From Perna viridis (taxonomy: Eukaryota), in the NCBI GenBank assembly GCA_037379345.1, contig CM074518.1:44791586-44855585 (forward strand): a DNA stretch of 64,000 bases, in the 5' to 3' direction. Each line of letters begins with the position of its first letter. Position 1 is the stretch's first letter. The position numbers were made by a program, and so were the translations under genes. This document shows, in pieces, positions 1 to 12,115 of the stretch. Below the pieces are notes generated by a model. That model was not told the DNA's origin, did not search any database, and worked only from the letters and a program-made list of their open reading frames with translations.

Positions 1-111
1 CTTCACAATCACAATTCCCCTTAATTGAATTTAAGATATGAAATAAATCCATAAATTTCTCCTTACAAAACAAAACCACAATTATAGTTCAGTATACACA
101 GTCAAATGCAA

Positions 112-2543
112 TTAGCACCTGGATAGTCCATTAGCATTAACGTTTTGTAATCCTTTTCTATAGAAAACCTCAAAGTCATACGGTAAGAGAGCCAAAGCCC
201 AACGCAATAGTCTCTGATTCTTATCTTTCAGTCGATATCACCAGACGAGTGGATTATGGTCAGTTTCTACGACATACTTCGCACCTTCAAGATGATATTT
301 CAAAGCTTCAACAGACCGAACGATTGCTAAGCACTCCTTTTCAACAACACTATACTTCTGTTCTCTGAGTAGCAATTTTCGGCTTAAATACGCAGTTGGA
401 TGTCCATCACCATTGTTGGTACGTTGACTAAGAACAGCCCCGATTGCATAATCACTAGCATCTGTTTGTAAAATGATGTTTTTGCTAAAATCTGGAATTG
501 CCAAAACGTGTACTATAAATAACTGTATCATCAAAGTAAGATGTTACATTGTCCATTATTCTTGCAGATGTAGCTGGCGATGTCTTTTATCCAAACGGCA
601 TCACATTCATTTGAAAAGTTCCAAAAAAAGAGTGACAAATCCGGATTTTTCGTTGCTTTCATTGGCGAGCGGAACTTGAAAGTGGCCTTTAGTAAGATCG
701 ATACTACTTAGGAATTTAGAGTGTCCAACTTTTTCGAAGATTTCATCGATGCGAGGAGCTGGATAACTGTCGAATATTGTAACTTCATTGATCTTTCTGT
801 AATCGATACATATTCTCAAACTTCCATCACGTTTTCTCACAAGAACAATAGGTGCACTATAGGGACTTGTAAAAAGACTTATAAATGATTCCTTCTGTCG
901 CTATGTTATCTATAGCTTCTTTGAATTCATCACGACAATTGTACGGTATTCTGTACAGTTTGCACATAATCGGACTATCAGTATTTGTTGTGATTGTGTG
1001 TTCAATCAATGTTGTTTTGCCAGGCTTTCCTGTTAGTACATCTCCAAATTTATTGCAGTTTTCACAATTGTGTGATCTTCGTTTTCTCCAGGTTGCTGTT
1101 AATGACAACATCTGTAGCTGTCTCATTGCTTGTATAATCTATCTCATTTTCTAAGCTTAAATATATTTCATCTGGTTCACTTACGAGAAATACAGCTCTG
1201 TGATATTTCTCAACAGATTTATATGGTATGTAACCAGTCCACGCCTTCCACCTACCCTAACTTGATAGTTTATGTCATTTATTTCTTATGGCACGAAATG
1301 GACCTTTCCATTGCGCCTTCATCTTTGAAGTGTCAGACGGCAATAAGATCAGTACTTGATCTCCAACATTCATTTTTCTACCGCATGACCTCTTGTCATA
1401 CCATTCCTTGACCTTTGGTTTCTTGATCGCCAAATTGTCTTTAACAACTTACGTCAACGTAGTCAAGCATTCTCTCATGTGAACAACATGATCCACAACT
1501 GACGTGACTGCAGCCTCCTCTTCCGCCAGCATTTCACGCATAACTTGGATCGGGCCCCTAACCGGCCATCCATATAGTAATTCAAACGGTGAAAACCCCG
1601 TTTTTTTCATGAGGGACTTCACGATAGTCTTTGCCTCAGTATTTTTCAGTGGAAAAGCTTCAGGATATCGTGTTGCCTCATCTACAACAGTTAAAATGTA
1701 TTTATGTCCTTGTTTAGTGCATTCAAATGGACCAACTATGTCCATTGAAATATTTCTAAAAGGTTCCGCTACCACTGGTGGAGTTATCATTGAGTGTCGT
1801 TCGTTACTTTTTCTCTTGGCCATTCGCTGACATGTATCACATATTGAGCAGTAATCTTTTTATGTCTTTGAACATTCCAGGCCAGAAAAATGACGCAATG
1901 ATTCTTTCCTTGGTTTTACTGACCCTAAGTGACCTGCAAGGGGGTGTGCATGTCCTAATTTCATTGCTATTCCCCGAAATTCAACTGGCAATACCACTTG
2001 ACAACCGGACTTTGTTTCATCATGGTAGTTCCACTTTCGTCTCAAAATGTCGTTGTAACAGTAGAAGGCTTCTCTATGGTCATCTGCCACTTCAGCACGA
2101 CCTAAAGCTTTAGTCCTAGCACTTTCTAGTGCCTCATCAGCTTGTTGCAATCTAACTAAATGTTCAGTGTTAAATGGTGGATCAACCTCTTTATCATTGC
2201 TACCATCACTATGGCTAACATCAAGGTCACCATTTTCCACATTTTCAACCCTACTCTCTTCTCTGAGCTTTATTCTTTGTGATCTTGTCACAACATTCAC
2301 GTTACTGTGATTTTGAATGTCCATTCCAATTAAATCCTCCGTGGCAAGGTTTGGAACTACGCCAACTTTCTTGTGACCCTTGTAAAATGGAGTGTTCATA
2401 TTCACAACTGTCATCTTCGCTGTAAAAGTTTGAACAATCGTGGTGTACAAAGGCATGTTTTGACCCTCTATAATTGAACTTTGGTCAACTAGATCTTCTC
2501 TTATCACAGTAACATCTGCCCCAGTATCCTTCACAAGCAGCAT
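112..2543 (-). pseudogene. pol: Disrupted pol (protease, integrase, reverse transcriptase, RNase H)
   Basis: ORF fragments 1860-2543 (PR + IN zinc finger), 1449-1823 (IN core with deletion), 857-1126 and 607-840 (RT), 238-534 (RNase H), ending ...RWALALLPYDFEVFYRKGLQNVNANGLSRC*. Confidence 0.9.
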
Positions 2544-2886
2544 TCCCCGTCAATAGTGCCTGGTCCCGATATTGATCTTGTACCCATCATTGGTCTGACT
2601 AGATACAAAGCCAAGTTCTCTTTCTTCTGCTTGTTTGTGCAGTCGCGAGCATAGTGGCCTAATTTACTACAGGCATGACAACGGACAGTACTTTTCTGCT
2701 GTTTACCATTTTTTCGGTGTTGGGAAAGTATGTGTGGGACGTATTGGGGTACTTCCTTGCTTTGGATGGATATAATCTTCTGCTTCGTCAACAAGACTTC
2801 CCTTGTTTCTTCTGATCCATTGTGCTTGATCAACGGGTAATGCTCGAAGAAATAATTCCTCTTTGAAGCAATCAATTGCTATTCTA

Positions 2887-3091
2887 AGGACGCTTACCCT
2901 ACCAGTGCACCTGGTCCATGCTCCCAGTTTTTAGTGGAGTCCGAGTTGCTCATTTGCTTTGTTACTTTATATGTATGATTTTAGTTACTCTATGTTCTTT
3001 GTTGTATATGTCTAGTTTTCCATGTCTGGTCTTTGTCCCTGGATTACATTCTTTTGATTGCCGCTATAACCTTGGTTCACTTGATTACTCT
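2887..3091 (+). mobile_element. 5'-truncated 3' end of a Penelope-like (Naiad-type) element nested in gag
   Basis: Near-identical to 6470-6672, 27360-27565 and 55897-56070. Flanked by TSD TTCTA (2882-2886, 3092-3096). Confidence 0.85.
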
Positions 3092-3131
3092 TTCTAGAAT
3101 CTACGAACCTAGTTATATTCAGTTCTATTCT

Positions 3132-3990
3132 TGTAGTGCCTCCATCATTCCCAAGGGGCGGACAAATGAAAATTGCACTAGAGTTAACCTTTATTTTACA
3201 CTTCCAATAACACGAGTAGCATGAAGACATAGAAGTATGCTGATGTTCAAAGAAGTTTCGTGTAAACAATAAGAAAACGGTAAAAAGCTGAAATCAAAGA
3301 AAAAATGACAACATAGAACCTATCACAACACATGATCATAATAAGTCAAAATGCAACATGTAAAAATGAACCTAAATGCACACCAGCACACCATACATAT
3401 GCAAAAATATGAAACATATTTTTGATGAGAAATTTCGTGAAATTACTTCAATTAACTCAAAATTATGAAATATATGACAAATACATGTATGTTCTAGCCT
3501 AAATTTAAGACTCAAAAAATGACAGTGATTTAAGTCACAAACTGGCGTTTCATACGTTTGAAAATACATAAAAAAAGGGAAGGTGTATGTAACGTCAAAA
3601 TTTACACAAAAATGAAAGACTCAGGTCAAAGGAACATTAAAAGGTGTGCCCTAAATTATCTAAACAAAATATAAACAAAACCACAATGAAATTATTGACT
3701 CATGTCCTAGGTCATACTACCGAAAATAAATCATGTTTAAACTATGAAAAAAGTGTAAATACACATTGAACTTATCCTATGTCATAACTATGAATAAGCA
3801 TAAAAACTTACACTGTGCTAGAATCAGGTGTACACATCAAAAATTATAAAAGACATTAATGTACATTTTGTCATCAAAAAAAATATCGGAGGAATGAATA
3901 TACGGGGGAAAGAAACGAACATTTAACTATAGGTATCAATAATAAGAGTCAAGAACAGTCACTGTCTGCACGTGAGGAGAAGGCAGCACA
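3132..3990. mobile_element. Solo LTR (859 bp) nested in gag
   Basis: Starts TGTAGTGCC and ends GGCAGCACA (TG..CA, imperfect terminal inverted repeat). Flanked by a 5-bp TSD ATTCT (3127-3131, 3991-3995). Excision restores the gag frame. Confidence 0.85.
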
Positions 3991-4783
3991 ATTCTTGTCC
4001 AAAACCCTCTATATGTTTCGGTTGGTTCCTTTTTAGAGTTAATTAATTTGGAGAAGTATTCATGAGGTTTTGCTCCGAATCGGTCAAGTAATGCCCTACG
4101 CAAATTGTCATAACCTTTGTTTGACTGCTGAACGACATCTCTTGCTTCACCAGTTAACAATGTTCTTAACTGTAGGATTTTGATTTCTTCTGTTCAATTT
4201 GCTTGTCAGCTGCTGCTTCAAATTCAGATAAGTAAGTCAGGATGTCTTCCTTTGATTTGTGATTGTATGTTTGTAATTTAATTTTGAATGGCGTTGCATT
4301 TTGAAAAAGATCATCTTTTGATTGTAATTTTACTTTTGCTATTTCAAGTTCAAGTTCTTGGTTAAGACGTTGTCGCTCAAGTTGTATTTTGGCATTTTCT
4401 AGTTGATATTTCATTTCTTTATCTTCATTTTTAAGAGTGGCCTTTTTCCTCGGTGGAGCTTTCTTACGCGGGCCCATAATTGGTTCTTCGTGTTCGCTTT
4501 CACTGGCATTATCCGTGAACTGGGTCAAATTGTTGGCCACGGCGGCAGCACTTCTTGTTTGCCGTTGTTCCTCTGTTTCCATTTCAGTTTAAGTTGGTGC
4601 TTGGAGCAATACAGATATATCCCAATTAATACGCTTATATCACACTTTAATCTCCAGGAAAATATTATCACTAGCACTAATAATTCCCAAACTAAGTATT
4701 ATAGCGAATGAATTAATCCGAAATGTTAAAATTTTATAATCCAACGTTTATAGAAGCTGAGTCCGAATATTAAATATTTTAAA

Positions 4784-4803
4784 ATCCACACCGCTGGGCA
4801 CCA
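4784..4803 (-). promoter_or_regulatory. Primer-binding site, resembling the tRNA-Leu complement
   Basis: Minus strand ...TGTAACA-TT-TGGTGCCCAGCGGTGTGGAT: an LTR end (CA), 2 nt, then TGG, similar to the TGGTGGCAGCGGTGGGAT tRNA-Leu PBS. The far end of the 5' LTR (beyond 4812) could not be fixed. Confidence 0.7.
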
Positions 4804-5189
4804 AATGTTACAATGTCAAATTCAGTTAATTTTCACTACTTTTAATTTTCCAACTTCTATAACTATTTAGGTAAATTTAGCACATTAAAATAAAAAGATG
4901 TTTCCTCTCCAAGCACAAACTCTAAAACTAATTATAAAAATATAGATTGCAGCATAAAGTTACATAAAGTTTCTTAATTAACTCTCATAATGAACCCATT
5001 AATTGTCTGTTAAATTCAAAATGTCACTGTGGCAGACACAAACTCAAGATAGCAACCAAAACTTCAAAAAGATTCTGTTTATAATTTCAAGATTAATCAT
5101 AGTGTAAACTTTAATTTAATGAATCTTGTAAAGATATATATATTATTAGTGCAAATTTTCAAAAAATTAACAAAAATTTACTTTTAACA

Positions 5190-7300
5190 GTTTCACAACA
5201 GTCAAAAATATTTTTTGATCTAAAAATTGAGTATATATTATCCCAATTTTATGCAATTTTAATATTTTCATACTCCCAGTCCAGTCAAAATGTTTTCGTG
5301 ATGTACAATGTATAATACAAATTGATATATTTCATACCAAAAATGCAATATTTTCTTTTTACAGAACTAAGATGGTGTCGCATTAGTTAAAAGATCTAAA
5401 TGATTTCAAAATAGAGTACTTTTCACCAATACTTTATGAAAATTTGATATTTTTATTCTCCTGGAACAAGGTATCGCATAAGTCAAAAATACTCTATTGT
5501 CTAAAAATTGAGTATATTTTACCCCAATTTATTGTAATTTCAAAATTTTAATACTTGGAGACCAGTCAAAATGTTTCCACAATGTATCATGCGTAATAAA
5601 ATGGACACAATACCATTAAAACCTATGATTTCTCAACACTGTATACTTCTATTCCCCAAACTCAGTTAAAATTCCGACTTAAAAGCATAATACATCGTTG
5701 TTTTTCCCAAAAAAAGATGGTACACCTAGATACAAATATACAGTTCTTGGTAGAGATTCCTCATACTTTGTTAAGAAATAATTTCAAATTATCTTCCAAA
5801 TATACAGAGGAAGATGTTTACAAAATGCTTGAATTTTTAATCGACAACATATTTGTCCAGTGTGGTGGACATGCTTTTTAACAAACGGTCGGTATTCCAA
5901 TGGGAACAAATTGTGCTCCTTTACTTACTGACCTATTCCTTCACGTTTATGAGGCTAACTTTATAGCTGATCTGATCCGCATGAAAGAATATCGGTAGGT
6001 TAGATCATTTTATCTCAGTTTCCGCTATATAAATGACGTATTATCTTTAAACAATCTTAATTTCGGGGATTTGATACATTGCGTCTACAAACGTGATGAC
6101 TTTTCTTTCATTCAGAATTGTTAACTTTTCTTTCATCTGTGGCAACATCCCTTCAGCACCTGCGTATGGAGTGTCCATATCACAAGTCATACGTTATGCC
6201 AGAGCTTGCCGAAACTATGAAGACTTTTTATATTGCGCTAGAACTCTAACAAATAGGCTTCTGAAACAGGGTTATGTTGCTACAAGATTGAAGCCATCAC
6301 TACAGAAGTTTTATGGTCGTCATCATGAACTCGTGGATCGTTATGGTGTATCCATCTGCACCATGAAAACTGATTTATTCAACGGGTCATAGTTTTCCTT
6401 TCATCGTTTGTCTACCCCGGACTTGACTTTTTATAATCAATTCGGCGGGTGTTTCTAGAAAAGCAGAGAACGCTTACCCTACCGGTGTACATGGTCCATG
6501 CTCCCAGTTTTTAGTGGAGTCCGAGTTGCTCATTTAATTTTGTTACTTCGTATGTATGATTTTAGTTACTTTATGTTCTTTGTTGTGTATGTCTGTTTTT
6601 TCATGTCTGGTCTTTGTTCCTGGATTACATTCATCTGATTACCGCTATTTAACCTCGTTTCCCTTGATTATTCTTTCACATCAACAACCCAATGTTATTT
6701 TTTAGACTAATAAGATGGTATGGCATTAGTTAAAATAGCGTAATTATTTCCAATATTTTATGAAAATTTGTATTTTAATTCTCCAGGAACAAATATGGAC
6801 AGTTTTCACATGAAAATTACTTTCTTTTCATATTCAGAGCAATTAGATGGTATCGCATCAGTCAAAAATACTTTATTATCTAAAAATTGAGTATATTTTA
6901 CCCAAAATTTATGAAATTAAAATATTTTCATATGCAATTTTGCAATGTACCGTGTATAATAAAATGGACATTTTTCATATCAACAATATTGTTTTTTTTA
7001 GACTAATAAGATGGTATCGCATTAGTTAAAATAGAGTGTTTTTTATCACAATGATCCAAATTCAACAAATATGGACATTTTAGGCATAAAAATAGTTCTA
7101 TTTATTTCATATTCAAAGCAATATGATTGTATGGTAAAAACACTTTATTTTTTTAGAACTATTTTTTTTAATATTTTTTCTTCAATTTTAAGAACTTTCA
7201 ACATTTTCATACTTCAAGACCAATGACAATGTTTTCGCAATGTACGATATATAACGAAAATTAAACCTGATTTTATATCAAAACATTTATAGACATTCAA
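5190..7300. repeat. Degenerate AT-rich tandem repeat (~150-300 bp blocks) into which the Penelope-like element inserted
   Basis: Recurring blocks agatggtatcgcattagttaaaa (5370, 6713, 6845, 7009) and tctaaaaattgagtatatttta (5219, 5500, 6879) occur on both sides of 5607-6674. Confidence 0.65.
5607..6674 (+). mobile_element. Penelope-like retroelement fragment (Naiad-type RT, 5'-truncated, decayed)
   Basis: Reads TYDFSTLYTSIP...KYTVLGRDSSYFVK...MLEFLIDNIFV...GIPMGTNCAPLL.DLFL...FRYINDVL...KRDDF...NIPSAPAYGVSISQVIRYARAC...LQKFYGRH, with the stop at 6392 and no C-terminal GIY-YIG. The long spacer between motifs A and B' is IFD-like. A ~280-bp 3' UTR follows. Confidence 0.82.
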
Positions 7301-7779
7301 AAATTGTGTATATGGAATGTGTTTATTAAAGCATAATACACATTAATGTAAAATTACATGTAAGATGTTAGCAATCAACAAAATACGACGAACACGTACA
7401 CTGTATATCATAAACTATTATTAGTGTCGTTTTGCAAGTTATTAGATTTCGAAATATACCAATTACTGAGAAGAATACTTCTGGCGGATACGATAATTCG
7501 TTTATCGTGCTTCGTGCAACGTGTTTCGTGTGGCTTTCGTGTATGGTGTGCTTTGTGTGCGTGTTTCGTGTGCTTCGTGTGCGTGGGATTGGGAACGTTA
7601 CACGTTTCAGGAGTTGTACAATGTATATCATATGTCCTATCAAGATAGACGGGTGTATAAAAACTAAAGCACCAGCAATAAAACTGCCCCCAAAAAATGG
7701 GATTTATATCATGTGACAATTCTTAAAAGTGGTAACTGCACGTATCAACTGAAGACTTAAGGAATGAATGTACCAGGTT

Positions 7780-8285
7780 ATTGTAATTTTGATATGCTGT
7801 ACACGTCTTTCAAGGAGTAACCAATTTCATAAGTAGCATTAAAATCATATGTAAAGGAAGGTCTTAATCCTAACAAGAAGTACTCTAAAACAAAACTACC
7901 TAAAAGGGAATCCGAATCCACCACCGAAAGAGCCTCAGTGTATTAGGTATTTTGAAATTTGTGAAGTTTGATAAATGGGATAAATAAAATCTGATATGTT
8001 TAATGATCAGACAAGTCCGACTACTTGGTTTGTGAATACCCTCGGGACCTATGGTCTATAAGCAGTGGCATCGACCCAGTGGTTATAAAATACAAAAATG
8101 CCACACACATACACACACACGTTTTGCAGATTTCGATATGCTGTACATGTCTTTTCTGGAGTAATCTCTGATCAGCAACATTATAATCAAATATATAGGA
8201 AGATCTTAATCCAGAAATTAATTGTATACAAGAAGTACTCAAGCTATCGAAATAGAAAGCGAAATGCATCACCGAGAGGTTCTAC
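7780..8285 (-). mobile_element. Decayed ~344-bp tandem repeat with two minimal hammerhead-like motifs (non-LTR retrozyme / PLE pseudo-LTR-like)
   Basis: Direct repeat gatatgctgtaca at 7791 and 8135, with further shared blocks downstream. Minus-strand motifs are tgcta-CTTATGA-...-GAAA-gacgtgTA-cagca (7795-7838) and tgttg-CTGATCA-gagattactc-ca-GAAA-agacatgTA-cagca (8139-8180). Confidence 0.55.
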
Positions 8286-8298
8286 TATGTAAAGTGAG

Positions 8299-8505
8299 TT
8301 CCTGTTTAATTGCGGCAAGGTTAAGTCAGTGGCAGGAATGTTTTTTTTTTTGTCTCCTGTTTAATTGTGGCAAGCTTAAGTCAGTGGCAGGAATGTTTTT
8401 TTTTGTCTCCTGTTTAATTGTGGCAAGCTAAAGTCAGTAGCAGGAATGTTTTTTTGTCTCCTGTTTAATTGCGGCAAGCTCAAGTCAGTGGCAGGAATGT
8501 TTTTT
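8299..8505. repeat. Minisatellite, ~52-bp unit x4
   Basis: cctgtttaattgyggcaagcttaagtcagtggcaggaatgttttt at 8301, 8357, 8409, 8460. Confidence 0.9.
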
Positions 8506-8809
8506 GTATGTATCATAGTATGCAATGACGTTTTGAGTTCCCTTCACACTTTATGGCAACAGGAATGGTTTTTGTCTGTAATTTCGTATGTAATTTAGTT
8601 TGTGAGTTCCCGTTTCGCTGTAGGGCAGCCAGATGATTTTGTCTAGAAAACTGTATGGAATGTAGTTCTGCATCATGTCGACAAGCATATGTTGCAAGAA
8701 TGATTCATGTATGTAATAACACATAAAGCGAGCTTCTAGGTGAATACAAGAATATTTCTTGTTTTATAAGTGTGACAGGAAATTCATCATTTCACATGAA
8801 ATAAGAAAA

Positions 8810-11800
8810 TCAAAAACTTGATCATTTTGTTTATTAAATTTATTTTTTTTTCACATTGCTGACTTGATTTCAATCACACATTAGTAATTTTTTTCTCACA
8901 TGCATTATTTTCTTCATTCATAATCATACAAAATTTGATCATGTACATAAGCTTCAGTGTATAAGTTTCCTGGTCAGTAAAACAAAGGACTTTACTAACC
9001 ATTCATAACTTGCTTTAAAAATTATCATATCTAAAAAATGGCAGATGGGAGGAGACAATATTATGGGCAAATGCACAAGACAAGAATAATTTCCTAATAC
9101 ACTCTTCATCAGTGTTGACAAAATGTATGAGGTAAGTTTGTTGCAAAAATAAACTCTAAACAAACAAAATCACGTTTCTTTTCAGTTATGTTTTTTTCTT
9201 GGTCAAACAATTACAGATTAAAACTGTTGTTTTGTCTATAAATATAGAAATTTCTAAACAAACTGGAAAATTATACAGAATAAAAAATAAACAAAGTTAC
9301 TTAAAAACAAATTAAGCTCTAAGAAAACAAATACATTGTATATAACTTAAAAACTAAATCAGCAATTTGAAAAACAAAACAAACAAATCATAACACAAAA
9401 ACTTTAAAATGTCCACAATAAATTATACTTTAAAGCACAAAGCTATGATGATACTCTGTAAATTTGAACATCATTACAAGCATATACTGACTGATGTTTG
9501 GAACAATTTTGGAATATTTTTGCTATTTCTGGAAACAGCCCTAATCCATACACACATAGTGGTAATATGTACCTACATATGGCCCTTCAGGGTATTGATA
9601 CAAGAAATACTGGCTTGTAGAATTTCTGTACATTACAATATTGTTTAAAGATTGTTTACCATTTCACTGTGAAAATTATTTTTCTGAACATACAGTTCCA
9701 AAAGATCAAATAGGCACCAGTAATGCTGTTCTCTGTGGTTACAGAAGATATCAAAGCATCAACATGAGTAGAACACTATACAAATCTATGTACAGTAATT
9801 AACATTCATACTCATTTACCAAGGATCACACACACACACACACACACACCTTATCATTTACTCTCAGAATCTTATTCATAATTCATCACTTTAATTGGTA
9901 TTCTTCAAATTTTCAATCAACAATAACTAAAACTTGTTATCCATGATACAAAACAAATTTTTTACCTCATACGCTCTCAAACTTTTATTTTTAGGAAAGT
10001 AATACTACAAAACACTAGTTTACTATGGTCTTGACAATACACAGGTATATATGTAGTGAACCATTCATCAACACATTGTCAGTTTTTTTCCATTCTTACT
10101 TTTTTTCACAAAAATTATATTTTAAACTTTTTCAAGATAAAATTTTATGTATGATATAATCTTTAATTATAAATATTACTTTTATTTAAGTAATTTTTTC
10201 CACTCATTCAAAATAAGAATACTATCTGAACTTTTAATTAAAATATCAGTAAGATCGATCTTAATCATTAACTAAAATATCTGTTAAAACTGAGATCCTT
10301 AACCATGACACATTTAGAAATTTCAAACAATTATCAGCTTCACCTAGACAATATGCCTGTTATATTCAAGTGTAGAAATTCCATAAATTCGGAAATAAAA
10401 AATGGGAAACAATGCGAAACTGAAAGAAGCTTCTTTCCATTAACACTATACTATAATCCAACAATGACCGGTGTTAATAAATGGAAGAATGGTAAATAAA
10501 CTACAATGTTTGTTCTACTTTAAATCATGTTCTCAAACTGCTGGTTTAAATTCTGTATTAAATAACCAAAGCATAGGCTTTCTCGTGTTACATCTAACAG
10601 TTTGTGGTAATTAATAAAAAATAAGAAAGAAGACAACCAACAAATTAAACCTACCCATCACACACACACACACATGCACACAGACAGAGCATAATAATTA
10701 TGTACAAAATTAAATAAATCTGTTTAGAGTGAAAGACATTATTTTTCACTATATGGACAATTTTATTTTAAATCACACCATTATATCTACATACTTTATA
10801 CAGTAATGTCACATTCTGACTGCAAATCCAGCACTTAGGCGAATCAGTATTAGATCCAATTCATTAATAATAAAACATTTCTGGTTTAATAACTGAAGAT
10901 ATTTGCTTTGGTTAAGATAATAGCTACATTTTATGTTTTCTAGATACTGCAGACAACATTTTGTGGTTTCTAGAAACTGTGGACAAACAATTGTTTGTGG
11001 GGAACCATTTTTTATGGTTTTGTTATACTACAATTTAAATTCCTTATAAAATGTAAAAATTTCCATAGAAACTACAGTCTAATCCACAAAGTCAAAAGCC
11101 CATGAACTAAAGAAAACTTTGGCAAACCACAAAACTGATACCCATTGAGAGTATAACACTTAAGACATAGCAAATATTCAGGAGTTAGTGATAAATATTG
11201 CAATTATAACTTGCCAAAGCACATTTGGCTATTTACAAATTCTACATAACTACTTGTGTTTCCTATGGAATGTCTATAAACAAACATTTGATCATGACAA
11301 TATGTTGCTAAGAAAGACAATCACAGATTCATAAAGCATCAACTTAAATGTAATGGTAATTTGATGTGGTCATGTGATGAACAAAATGATCAGCTGACAG
11401 GAAATGAGAACATGACTGTGTCAAGGGATATAATACAGACATTGCATGAAAAAATGAGACATGAAAATTAATCTGGGACTACTGTTTTTAAAGCAGTTCA
11501 TGTTCTAAACAATAATTTTACTGTAAAAGTTCATTAAAAAATTTCTTTGCTACAAAATAACAAATAACTCAATATTAGAAGATATTAGTCCAATGAATAA
11601 ACTTTAGAGTGTGTATTACAAGATCGCAGGAAAAAAATGCCACTTAAAAGATAAATAATAAACAAAGTCTCAAACAAAAAGTTCCTTAACAAAACAATTC
11701 AACAAACATCACTGTTATTGCTTCTCCCATGATTGAACAATAAAGACACTCCCACTCAGAAATCTCCACCAATCTTATCACTGTTTGATCAATTTCAACT

Positions 11801-11948
11801 TCACTCATCCAATAAGAGCCTCCAATCTGTAGAATTGCAACAACAAGGAATATGATTGGCTGATATGAACGTTGATAATTTGCATATTGATGAGATTGCA
11901 TCTTTCTCTCATTCAATGTAGTTCTAAGTGCATAAAATTCATCCACTG
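8810..11948 (-). other. Probable long 3' UTR of the ephrin gene, with a candidate AATAAA at 8830-8835
   Basis: U-rich minus-strand sequence with (TG)n tracts follows the stop codon. A minus-strand AATAAA lies just before composition changes to repeat-derived DNA. Other AATAAA sites exist, so the end is uncertain. Confidence 0.4.
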
Positions 11949-12115
11949 CTACCGTCTAAGCGTTGATATTAAAATGATCACTAGAACTAATAAAAAGTTT
12001 GAAGTCCACGATGGTTTAAGTGTCAATGATTTATTTATAAGTCCACTGTTTTTGGAGCCAGTGGCTTCTATGACAAAAGTTGGATCACTCGGTTGTCCTC
12101 CAGGAAACTTTGTAG
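11949..12115 (-). CDS. Efn: Ephrin terminal coding exon 6 (GPI-signal-like C-terminus)
   Basis: Acceptor atttttag. Encodes PTKFPGGQPSDPTFVIEATGSKNSGLINKSLTLKPSWTSNFLLVLVIILISTLRR* (TAG at 11949-11951). Confidence 0.88.

Larger units (their letters stand above)
2531..4582 (-). pseudogene. gag: Disrupted gag (coiled-coil, SCAN-like capsid C-terminal region, zinc knuckle), interrupted by two insertions
   Basis: ORFs 4166-4582 and 3936-4160 (LTGEAR..YDNLRRALLDRFG). Removing the insertions gives FWTRIELNITRFVDSRIAIDCFKEELFLRALPVDQAQWIRR. The CCHC lies in ORF 2531-2875. Confidence 0.85.
1..4812 (-). mobile_element. Degenerate Ty3/Gypsy LTR retrotransposon, Gmr1-like (gag-PR-IN-RT-RH)
   Basis: Minus-strand order is gag (4582->), CCHC knuckle CHACSKLGHYARDC, protease DTGAD (~2514-2528), integrase HHCC (GHAHPLAGHLG...CDTCQ), IN core SMDIVGP/VVDEATRYPEA, WKGPF (~1300), RT LRICIDYRKIN/IDLTKG/YFDD (527-538), RNase H LQTDASDYAIGAVL/EKECLA/TDHNPL. 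It carries frameshifts, stops and internal deletions. There is a PBS at 4784-4803 and a PPT at ~14-22. Confidence 0.9.

Noticed and set aside
473-2113. Plus-strand ORFs over the retrotransposon, and at 11872-12655 over ephrin exons
   Set aside because: They are antisense shadows of minus-strand coding sequence.
4806-5200. Full extent of the 5' LTR
   Set aside because: Only 13 bp of the 3' LTR lie in the window, and no exact match to cttcacaatcaca was found, so the boundary cannot be set.
11686-11946. 86-aa ORF just after the ephrin stop, as a possible read-through or frameshift TM/cytoplasmic tail
   Set aside because: It has a GTG start in a different frame that is closed a few codons upstream. 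In-frame read-through stops after 11 codons, and there are no ephrin-B tail motifs.
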